Program-made: the position numbers and the translations under genes
In this document: piece by piece, positions 1-7,949 of the stretch
How the letters are laid out: every line of letters starts with the position of its first letter
Numbering within the stretch: position 1 is the stretch's first letter
Notes under the pieces: model-generated
Seen by the model: only the letters and a program-made list of their open reading frames with translations
Told to the model about the DNA's origin: nothing
Database searches by the model: none
NCBI GenBank assembly: GCA_040390725.1
Contig: JAZJXT010000006.1
Span: forward strand, 367 to 64,366
Direction: 5' to 3'
Length of the DNA stretch: 64,000 nucleotides
From: Patescibacteria group bacterium
GTDB lineage: Bacteria > Patescibacteriota > Minisyncoccia > Phycocordibacterales > UBA9973

Positions 1-183
1 CAGGGTATGCTCCTTTATCATAAAGATAAAGATTATTGAGGTTTACTCAATAGGGTTTCCCCATTCGGAAATCTCCGGATCAAAGGTTGCTAGGCACCTC
101 CCCGAAGCTTATCGCAGCAACGCCACGTCCTTCATCGCCTCTTAAAGTCAAGGCATCCACCGTACGCCCTTAAATTTCCTGTT
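1..183 (-). rRNA. rrl: 23S rRNA, 5' end (partial; continues beyond window start)
   Basis: Minus strand reads TAAGGGCGTACGGTGGATGCCTTG...GCGATGAAGGACGTGGC...GCGATAAGCTTCGGGGAG...TTTCCGAATGGGGAAACCC, the conserved 23S 5' domain; 5' end approximate. Confidence 0.95.
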
Positions 184-495
184 AAGAAATTTGAAAACCA
201 CAAACCCTACATTACATAGGGTTAAAACAAAGCTCTAAAAACATTCTTTCAGGGACCGCTCCCATACTTAAAAAATTCTTAAAACTAATTTCTGTCTAGG
301 CCGAAAAGACCCTCCTCAACCCTGTCGCTCGCGAGCGACGGGGTCAATACCTGACAGCTTTTAATTTTCAATATTCAATCGTCCCGAATTTTCAATAAAA
401 AAACCGCTTTTAGAGCGGTCTTAACAGACAAATAAAAACGTCTGCTAAACCCGCCGTTTTAACTTGTTTTTTATAATTATCATACTGATTAAGCC

Positions 496-524
496 ATACT
501 ATACTAAAGCCAAAAATAAGTCAA
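496..524 (-). promoter_or_regulatory. sigma70-type promoter for the stand-alone 23S transcript
   Basis: TTGACT-17 nt-TAGTAT on the minus strand, ~310 nt upstream of 23S. Confidence 0.6.
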
Positions 525-574
525 ATTTCCCCTTCTGGGGATATGTTTATAACGTGGGGAAAGAGGAAAATCAC

Positions 575-1081
575 TTACATCAAACTATCAATGAGATTAT
601 CCAAATTATCAAAAAAAGTTTTTTGGTTAGTCTTACAATTATCGTATTGAGTATTCCCTGGACCACCATATCCATCACAATTAACCCAATAAAGTTTGAA
701 AGTTGCTATTTTAATTCCAGCTCCGTTTGCTTTCGTATAAGTATAATCACCACCCACATGACCCGCCGCTCCATCCAGAAAACTACTAACACAATATGTT
801 TTACCATTTATTATTTTTTGAACTGCTGTGGAGTTTTCACCATTAGACGGCAAGCAAGAATACGCAACTGAAGAATCTTTAACTACCGGAGGCCAACCAT
901 TTTCATATGTTCCCATATATTGCGGAAGTGTTGTTGAAACTGGTGAATTGTTTTGTACCGGATTATTTACAATAGTATTTATTGCAGGAATATTTTGTGG
1001 CTTCAAAAAAGCTACGTAGCCAATAATTAAAATTATTACCACTAACAAAGTTATTATAACTGTACGTGTGTTTATTTTCAT
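575..1081 (-). CDS. hypothetical membrane-anchored exported protein (Cys-containing)
   Basis: 168 aa ORF with N-terminal TM helix; TGATATACT 6 nt before the ATG (leaderless). Confidence 0.75.
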   Translation of the reverse strand: MKINTRTVIITLLVVIILIIGYVAFLKPQNIPAINTIVNNPVQNNSPVSTTLPQYMGTYENGWPPVVKDSSVAYSCLPSNGENSTAVQKIINGKTYCVSSFLDGAAGHVGGDYTYTKANGAGIKIATFKLYWVNCDGYGGPGNTQYDNCKTNQKTFFDNLDNLIDSLM

Positions 1082-1158
1082 AAATTAAGTATATCACAAA
1101 AAAAATGGACAAAAAGAAAAGGCTGAACTAGTCAGCCTTTTTTAAAAACAAATTCATT

Positions 1159-1926
1159 TCATCCCCCTAACTCTGGATACAAAGCATGTAAAAATTTATC
1201 TTTACATTTTGCATACACAATCAAATTCTTTACAATGGGATCTTTGAAATTAATACTTTGCTGATTAACTTTTCCAAAGGACAGATGAAAATCACTGCAA
1301 TCACAAATCACCTCAGTCATTTCAGGATGATTCTCATGGTAAACAAAAAACTGATAATCCCATGCCTGTTTTTCTCTGAGAAAACTGTTAGAAAAAGGAA
1401 GCGGTTTTAAATGATTTTTTGCATCTATATTGCTAAAGGATTGAAGTGCATGAACAAATTCATGGATTAAACAAGATGCTAATCCATCAAGATCTAGAAA
1501 ATTTGTACATGCTTTTGCATTCATACCAAAAGCAGCTTTACCACTTTTTATTAATTCATCAGAGAAAAAAGTAAATACATTCTCGCTGGGCGAACCACTT
1601 GAATCATTATTAAAAGTTTCCATCGCTTGATCCTCAAGAATCAAAAGTGTAATTTTTGATTCTAATCGGAATGTGTCTAGTCTTGCTTCCCGTATCGTAA
1701 GATGTTCTAACCCATAGAGAATAAAATCTCTAGTAAAAGTATCCCGAATAACCTGACACATCTCGCTGGCTCTTTTTACTACACGGCTAGCAAATTCGAT
1801 TTTTGTCTCTGGGGTTTGCTCTGAAACATCAGCGACTTTTTTAATATCTTTTTTGCATAACCATGCCTGGCAGAAAAAACTGAAACAGAACAAAACGATA
1901 ACTGGCATTAATACTGAATTTTTCAT
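1159..1926 (-). CDS. exported hypothetical protein with HExxH motif (possible zincin-like metallopeptidase)
   Basis: Signal-peptide-like N-terminus; LIHEFVHALQ motif followed by a downstream Glu (REKQA). Confidence 0.6.
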   Translation of the reverse strand: MKNSVLMPVIVLFCFSFFCQAWLCKKDIKKVADVSEQTPETKIEFASRVVKRASEMCQVIRDTFTRDFILYGLEHLTIREARLDTFRLESKITLLILEDQAMETFNNDSSGSPSENVFTFFSDELIKSGKAAFGMNAKACTNFLDLDGLASCLIHEFVHALQSFSNIDAKNHLKPLPFSNSFLREKQAWDYQFFVYHENHPEMTEVICDCSDFHLSFGKVNQQSINFKDPIVKNLIVYAKCKDKFLHALYPELGG

Positions 1927-2085
1927 TGGTTGGGGGTTAGGGGTTAAACATTATTTAACCTTCCCAACTTAAAATAAACGGGGAAAATTAAATAATGTTT
2001 AACTCAAAATCACCTATGTCAAAAAACTGCTTTACTTTATATACTAACATTTATTAGAAAAAAGTCAAATAAAAATTAAAAAATC

Positions 2086-2580
2086 CTACGGTCCCGTTCC
2101 CGCTCGTTTGATATAGTAGCCTTGGCTGTTTTTATCTATCGTGACAAAAGATCCAGAGTTTATCCAACCATCCTCAGCAGGAACCCCGCCTCCCGCATAC
2201 CATTTGGACGTTTGACCCTTTGGTACTGGCATAGGTTTTACTGAATATGCAACACCAACCATAAAAGCATTATCTGTATCGTCTGCCATAAACCAAAACT
2301 TTTCCGGTTCTTTTGTTGTATTTCTAGTTCCGATAAAAGTTATTTTATTTATTTTGTAATCCAATAATTCCCCCTGATCAGTGAGCCATTTGGTAAAAAG
2401 AGGATAAACAATATCTGAATATTTTTGCATATCTTCAGATTGAACTTGCGCCAAATTTTTACTTTCTGAAACAGAATTTTTCTTCCCCGCATAATATGAC
2501 ATTCCGCCCACAGCCAAAACAGCGATGATTATTAAAATTATTACTATTGGTGCGAAGCCTTTATTTGTTTTCATTCTCAT
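2086..2580 (-). CDS. hypothetical protein with pilin-like N-terminus
   Basis: NKGFAPIVIILIIIAVLAVGG resembles a class III signal (G|F) without Glu5; leaderless promoter TGTTATACT. Confidence 0.7.
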   Translation of the reverse strand: MRMKTNKGFAPIVIILIIIAVLAVGGMSYYAGKKNSVSESKNLAQVQSEDMQKYSDIVYPLFTKWLTDQGELLDYKINKITFIGTRNTTKEPEKFWFMADDTDNAFMVGVAYSVKPMPVPKGQTSKWYAGGGVPAEDGWINSGSFVTIDKNSQGYYIKRAGTGP

Positions 2581-2658
2581 AAATTAAGTATAACACAAAA
2601 AAATTGGCAAAAATAAAAAGCTGACATGGTTAGTCAGCTTTAAAAATATTTAAGATAC

Positions 2659-3603
2659 TCAACCCACTATGGATTTAGCATGCTTGATGTGGTCGTTGAA
2701 AGTTTTACGATCACCGCTACAATCATAGAATTGCATATGCACCCCAAACCTTTTTGCCATGATAAAGAAATCATTTGTATGCCAAAGCCCCATTATAATA
2801 GCAATTTTCTTATAACCGTGTTTATGGGCTGCAATTGATGCTTTCGCAAAAGCAAGATAACTTCTAAGCATCATCAGATAAGACTGCATTTTGTCTGCGT
2901 CTGGAAAATCATCCAGATACTCTGATTTTAAATTCAAAGTAGCCATTGGACGATCCTGCAATCCAAACAAATGAACCTTATCTTTATGGGAAAGCCAATA
3001 ACGCACATCTCCCATTGCAAAGTTTTCAGGCTTCATTGTGTCTAAGAGTAATTGACCCTTATAGTCAACTCCATGCAATTCTTTTTCTCCTTGAATCATT
3101 TCTTTTTCCATCGTCTTCAAACTTACCTCCTCAGAAGTTGCATCCTCAACACCAACAGCTTCGTATTTATTAAACTCAAGCAGATAAAAAATAGCCCATT
3201 GGCTTTTATGAGAATCTTCCGAGTGTTCCCCCCTCATAGCATCAAGGTGGGTTTGAGCAATAAAATCAAATTCGATTCCCTTTGCATAAAGCAGTCCTTC
3301 CCTGATAATTTTCTTGTAGTTTTCTACATTTTTAAATACTGCATCAAACTCTTTTTGAAGTTTAGGGTATTTAAAAGTGTGAAGCATTTCAATACCATAA
3401 CTCATCATACTGTCTTCAGTATGCAAAAGAATTGGCAAAGAAGTTGCTTGTACTTCATAAAGAAACTTGAACATATCAAGAGTATCTTTGCCAACCGAAC
3501 TACTACTCAAAACAGCTTTTTCTTGTGACTTACTACTATTATTGTTAGTGCAGGCCAATAAGAAAATAATAATTAGTGGTAAAAAAACAAAAAACTTTTT
3601 CAT
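2659..3603 (-). CDS. hypothetical lipoprotein
   Basis: 314 aa; lipobox-like FLLAC after a hydrophobic stretch. Confidence 0.7.
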   Translation of the reverse strand: MKKFFVFLPLIIIFLLACTNNNSSKSQEKAVLSSSSVGKDTLDMFKFLYEVQATSLPILLHTEDSMMSYGIEMLHTFKYPKLQKEFDAVFKNVENYKKIIREGLLYAKGIEFDFIAQTHLDAMRGEHSEDSHKSQWAIFYLLEFNKYEAVGVEDATSEEVSLKTMEKEMIQGEKELHGVDYKGQLLLDTMKPENFAMGDVRYWLSHKDKVHLFGLQDRPMATLNLKSEYLDDFPDADKMQSYLMMLRSYLAFAKASIAAHKHGYKKIAIIMGLWHTNDFFIMAKRFGVHMQFYDCSGDRKTFNDHIKHAKSIVG

Positions 3604-3751
3604 GATTTGATTTAATTAAGGTTAAAAACATTACTGAACCTTCCTAATTTAAATAAACAAGGAAAGTTCAATAATGTTTGACCTAAAATCAATATGTCAA
3701 AAAACTATACTATTTTTAAACTATCATACTTTTTACAAAAAGTCAAATAGC

Positions 3752-3785
3752 AAAATGCCCCCGCCAGCAGGCGGGGGCATTTTTA
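3752..3785. terminator. intrinsic terminator (bidirectional-type hairpin)
   Basis: AAAATGCCCCCGCC-AGCA-GGCGGGGGCATTTTT. Confidence 0.75.
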
Positions 3786-3808
3786 GTAAATAAATCTTAA
3801 TAAAGAAA

Positions 3809-4504
3809 TTATTGATGATGAGACATGTCTTCACCAAGCTTATTGACGAATCTGCCAGCTGCATCTTTAGCACCCAAGCCAAAAGCAAGAGCACCTCCGA
3901 TAGCAAGCATACCGATAATACCTGTGAAAACTATTTGCATATAAGCAGGAGCTACTCCTAATTGACCTAATGCAATAATGAAAGCAAAAACCCAAATAGC
4001 ATATCTAGCGATAGAAGCTAGCATATTTGCAGAACGCAAGCTCATAGATTTTGCTCCAGCTCCAATTAATTTTGAAACTGCTTCAGCTACAAATGTAGCG
4101 ATAATCAAAATAAATGCAGCTACGATAACTCTAGGCAAGAATCCTAAAACATCTTCTTTCAAGAATACAGAAATATCTCCTAGGCCTACCAAATTTAGAG
4201 AAGGCATAAGGAAAACCAAAATAACAAACCATTTTACAACTTGTCCGATAAAGTAGCCGGAGTCCAAACTCATTCCAGCCTTTTTCATAAACTCACTCAT
4301 ACCAATAGAAGATAAAAGTCTGTCTACTTTTAGAGCGCCGATAACATGCTCAAATGCTTTTGCAACCAAATTACCCAAAATCCAACCTACTACAAAAAAT
4401 ACAATAGCGATAATAAGCTTTGGCGCGAATTGAATAAATCCCCACCACAAATCTTGAAGAGATGCATTAAAAACATCGCCCCATGACATCCAAATATTGT
4501 TCAT
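3809..4504 (-). CDS. MscS-associated TM-helix repeat membrane protein
   Basis: Repeated F(L/A)P(K/R)(L/V)I.A TM_helix motifs; ALAFGLGAKD C-terminus. Confidence 0.85.
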   Translation of the reverse strand: MNNIWMSWGDVFNASLQDLWWGFIQFAPKLIIAIVFFVVGWILGNLVAKAFEHVIGALKVDRLLSSIGMSEFMKKAGMSLDSGYFIGQVVKWFVILVFLMPSLNLVGLGDISVFLKEDVLGFLPRVIVAAFILIIATFVAEAVSKLIGAGAKSMSLRSANMLASIARYAIWVFAFIIALGQLGVAPAYMQIVFTGIIGMLAIGGALAFGLGAKDAAGRFVNKLGEDMSHHQ

Positions 4505-4583
4505 AAATTATAAATAAAACTAATTAATAATAAACTTTCTAAGTTCGACCCTATTAAGTTTCTAGTTTCATTATATCAAATTT

Positions 4584-5165
4584 CTAGCTCTTTTTTAAAG
4601 CATGTGTGGATAACTCCTTGGCCTGCAAAACAACCTCATGAGGAAAATCAAGTATATCTCGTATTAGCTTATCATACATATTTAACCTATAAACAAAGTC
4701 TTTCGTATCAAAAATAGCATAAATTATTTCAGTTCCTAGCTCAGCTTCCAGCTTTTTTACGCCTTCTTCTATCTTATTTTTACTTAACTTGTCGCCTACT
4801 ATCAACAAATCCACCCTACTACTCTTGTTTTTGATAAATATACCAGAAACCAAAAAAAGTTTTATTTTACCTATTTTTTTAAAATTATCTAATATTACTT
4901 GCTTGTCTAAATTCTCAGAGCTCAACAAAAGAGTCTCAAATTCAATCTTGTATTTAAAATTAGAATCAAAAATATATTCCTGTCCGTGTTTTTTTATAAA
5001 ACCTGAGGAAATAAGAAGCTTGATTTCCTTGCGGACAGCATCGGCAGTGACTCGGCTTCGTTTTGCAATATCTACACCTTGAAAACCTTTTGTTTTATTC
5101 AATAAAAAAAGCCTCATGATCTTGACCCGAGCCGGACTGCCTAAAATTTTCCCCAATATTTCCAT
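4584..5165 (-). CDS. winged-HTH protein with nucleotidyltransferase-like C-terminal domain
   Basis: N-terminal LGSPARVKIMRLF HTH; SG..VDLLIVGD motif. Confidence 0.7.
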   Translation of the reverse strand: MEILGKILGSPARVKIMRLFLLNKTKGFQGVDIAKRSRVTADAVRKEIKLLISSGFIKKHGQEYIFDSNFKYKIEFETLLLSSENLDKQVILDNFKKIGKIKLFLVSGIFIKNKSSRVDLLIVGDKLSKNKIEEGVKKLEAELGTEIIYAIFDTKDFVYRLNMYDKLIRDILDFPHEVVLQAKELSTHALKKS

Positions 5166-5258
5166 AACTACTTTATAAACCTTTTTTACTAAAAAAACAA
5201 GGGCAAAAAGAAAGCCCGGAAAATTATTTATTCAAATAATTTTCCGGGCTAAAAATAA

Positions 5259-5645
5259 TTAACTAACTAATGTTATATCTTTTGAAGTCTTAAAGATAAA
5301 AACTGTCTTAGGGGGAAACTTTTGATCAGTTGCCCCATCAAAAATCTCAACCTCAACATGCTCGAATGTTTTAAACACTCTCACAAACTGACAAGAATAA
5401 TGACCCGGCTTTGTCTTCAGCGTATCAAGCTTGTACTGTGGCTTCATCGCTATGAACAGATTTTTTCTAAACAATTCCGGGGAAAAATTTATTATATCCG
5501 TAATATCTTGTAATTCTTTCGGAGTACAAAAGCAATCCAGTCCGAATGAGCTGGATGTAGCTTTAGAATAAATATCCCCATACATTTTAGCCCTTGGAAG
5601 CCCTAGATCACGCAAGCTTTTAAAAACCAAATTTTCTTTTGTCAT
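5259..5645 (-). CDS. orphan hypothetical protein
   Basis: 128 aa ORF with its own structured leader and a GCCCGG hairpin terminator (5213-5250). Confidence 0.6.
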   Translation of the reverse strand: MTKENLVFKSLRDLGLPRAKMYGDIYSKATSSSFGLDCFCTPKELQDITDIINFSPELFRKNLFIAMKPQYKLDTLKTKPGHYSCQFVRVFKTFEHVEVEIFDGATDQKFPPKTVFIFKTSKDITLVS

Positions 5646-5834
5646 AAGACATTATTTTTACTAAAACTCGCCTACTCTTTAAAGGATTTTCGGCTACTCC
5701 TTATTTATTTGTCAAAAAACTTTACCAAGCTCAAAAAAGAACAAACACCAGCTTTTAAAAAGCTGATTCTTGAGTTGTTTTTAAAAACTTTCACAACACA
5801 AAAATCAAATTTCTACTTTATAAAAAAATATTCA

Positions 5835-6923
5835 TTATGTCAATACCAGACCTTTTAGGACCCTACAAAACTCTTCTACTTCTTGCCTTGAATGGCTGGG
5901 GAAATTCCCCAGCCTGATTTGTTTTTCTTTATCTTCCCCATAGCCACTAGCCACCAAAAAACCCTTTTCTTTCAAACTTTCTATTATTTTTTTCGACCCA
6001 TTTTTTGTTTCAGCTACTATCACAGTCTCAGAGCGCATTTCTTTATTATTAATTAACGGTTTTAATTCTTTGCATTTTTCTAATGTAGAATATATTAATT
6101 TTGCTTTTACTTTTATCTCACTTTTTAAATTCTCTACTCCTACACTTAAATAATCCTTGCAAACTTCATTTAATAAATACATACCGAAAACATTTGGCGT
6201 TTCTGGAGTTTGATTTTTCTCAGAATATTTTAAAAAACTCGCAAATGAATGATAAGAACCCGTATATTGTTTATTCTTTTTTTCTATCTCCTCCGCTTTT
6301 TTCAAAGCTCGCGGACTGACAAATAGCACGCCGAGCCCCGCCGGCAAGCCGAAGCCTTTTTGTACTGAAAAAAATGCACAATCAACTTTTGAAAAATCAA
6401 CATCGCACACCGGCGCGCTCGACACGATGTCGAGCGCGATTAACTTGTCCGGGAATTTTTCATAAACTTTTTCCAGAAAACTATTAGGTAAAAGTACCCC
6501 ATTAGTAGTTTCATTATGGGTCATACATATTAATTCCGGATCGCAATCACTGGGTATATCCTCCAAAGAAAATGAGCGATCCTCACGAGCTAATATTTCA
6601 GTACTCACTCTGCCTTGATCTTTACTAATTTCAGAAAATTTTTTAGAAAAATATCCATCGACAAAATGCAAAGTATTTTTCTCCGAACAATTCTGCACGA
6701 CACGTTCCATGAATTCTGTCGCGGAACAAGCATAAAAAACATAATATTCATCGGGAATATTCAAAAGTTTTTTTAAGTTACTTGATAAATCCTCATAAAG
6801 TTCCATAAACTTCTCTCCCCTGTGTGATATCGAACCGATATCTTCTCTACCAGCTTGCTCAATAAATTCCCCGAATTTCGGATGAAGATTACTTGGACCA
6901 ACTGTAAAATAATTTAATTTCAT
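5835..6923 (-). CDS. serC: phosphoserine aminotransferase (class V PLP enzyme)
   Basis: YFTVGPS, THNETTNG, DIVSS, FSVQKGFGLPAGLG (PLP Lys), NQTPETPN; start set at ATG 6923; lies next to serA. Confidence 0.85.
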   Translation of the reverse strand: MKLNYFTVGPSNLHPKFGEFIEQAGREDIGSISHRGEKFMELYEDLSSNLKKLLNIPDEYYVFYACSATEFMERVVQNCSEKNTLHFVDGYFSKKFSEISKDQGRVSTEILAREDRSFSLEDIPSDCDPELICMTHNETTNGVLLPNSFLEKVYEKFPDKLIALDIVSSAPVCDVDFSKVDCAFFSVQKGFGLPAGLGVLFVSPRALKKAEEIEKKNKQYTGSYHSFASFLKYSEKNQTPETPNVFGMYLLNEVCKDYLSVGVENLKSEIKVKAKLIYSTLEKCKELKPLINNKEMRSETVIVAETKNGSKKIIESLKEKGFLVASGYGEDKEKQIRLGNFPSHSRQEVEEFCRVLKGLVLT

Positions 6924-6927
6924 AAAT

Positions 6928-7932
6928 TTAAATAATTGTTCTTGTTTCAACAGTAAATGATAAACTATTGGATAAATTATTATTCTTAGAATTCATAAAT
7001 TTAAAAAGACGATTTGAAACAAATTGCGCGATGTGTTTTTGCGCCTCTTCCGTACTGCCTCCTATGTGTGGAGTCAAAATAACATTCGGTAATTTTTGTA
7101 ACACATTTACTACTTTTTCATTATTACTTTTCGGCTCTTCGGGAAAAACATCCACCGCAGCTCCGGCTAAGTGCCCGGACTTTAAGCTGTGAGCTAAAGC
7201 TTCCAAGTTTACTACTTTTCCACGACTAAGATTCAAAAAATACGAACCTTTACGCATTATTTTAAATTCTTTTTCTCCAATCAAATTATGATTTTCAGCG
7301 CGAGCATCAATATGTAAAGTCACAATATCAGACTTTCTCAAAAGTTCTTCCATGCTGTCACACTTTTTTGCACTTCCCAATGCAGGCCTATCTGCAATAT
7401 CAAAATAATAAACTTGCATACCCATAAATTCCGCCATAAATGAAAGATGTGAACCAATATTCCCATAACCAATAATCCCCAAAGATTTTCCTCTCACTTC
7501 AAAACTCCCCTCTGAGCTTTTATTCCAAACTTTTTTGTGCAAGTTAACGCTTTTATCAAAAACTTTTCGTAAAAGCATTATCATCTCACCCAAAGCAAGC
7601 TCTACTACACTCCTGGTGCTGGAATATGGCGCATTAAATACTGAAACTCCATAATGTCCGCAAGCCAAAAGATCTATCTGGTCAGTACCTATACAAAATG
7701 CTCCCACTGCACGAAGGTCCGGCGCATTTTCCAAAACTTTTTTTGTCACCTTTGTTTTTGACCTGATGCCTAAAATAGAAACACCTTTTAAAGCCCCGAT
7801 GAGCTCTTCTTCATTTAAGGCTTGTACTAAATTTTTTACTTCATATCCTTTTTGGATAAAAAACTTTTCCGCTTCCAAATCAATATTTTCCAACAATAAT
7901 ACTTTTATTTTATTTTTTCTTATTTTTTGCAT
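6928..7932 (-). CDS. serA: D-3-phosphoglycerate dehydrogenase, lacking the C-terminal ACT domain
   Basis: IKVLLLENI, GIRSKT, AFCIGTDQIDL, GIIGYGNIG, TPHIGGSTEEAQ; only 334 aa. Confidence 0.92.
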   Translation of the reverse strand: MQKIRKNKIKVLLLENIDLEAEKFFIQKGYEVKNLVQALNEEELIGALKGVSILGIRSKTKVTKKVLENAPDLRAVGAFCIGTDQIDLLACGHYGVSVFNAPYSSTRSVVELALGEMIMLLRKVFDKSVNLHKKVWNKSSEGSFEVRGKSLGIIGYGNIGSHLSFMAEFMGMQVYYFDIADRPALGSAKKCDSMEELLRKSDIVTLHIDARAENHNLIGEKEFKIMRKGSYFLNLSRGKVVNLEALAHSLKSGHLAGAAVDVFPEEPKSNNEKVVNVLQKLPNVILTPHIGGSTEEAQKHIAQFVSNRLFKFMNSKNNNLSNSLSFTVETRTII

Positions 7933-7949
7933 ATATAATTTTACGATTA

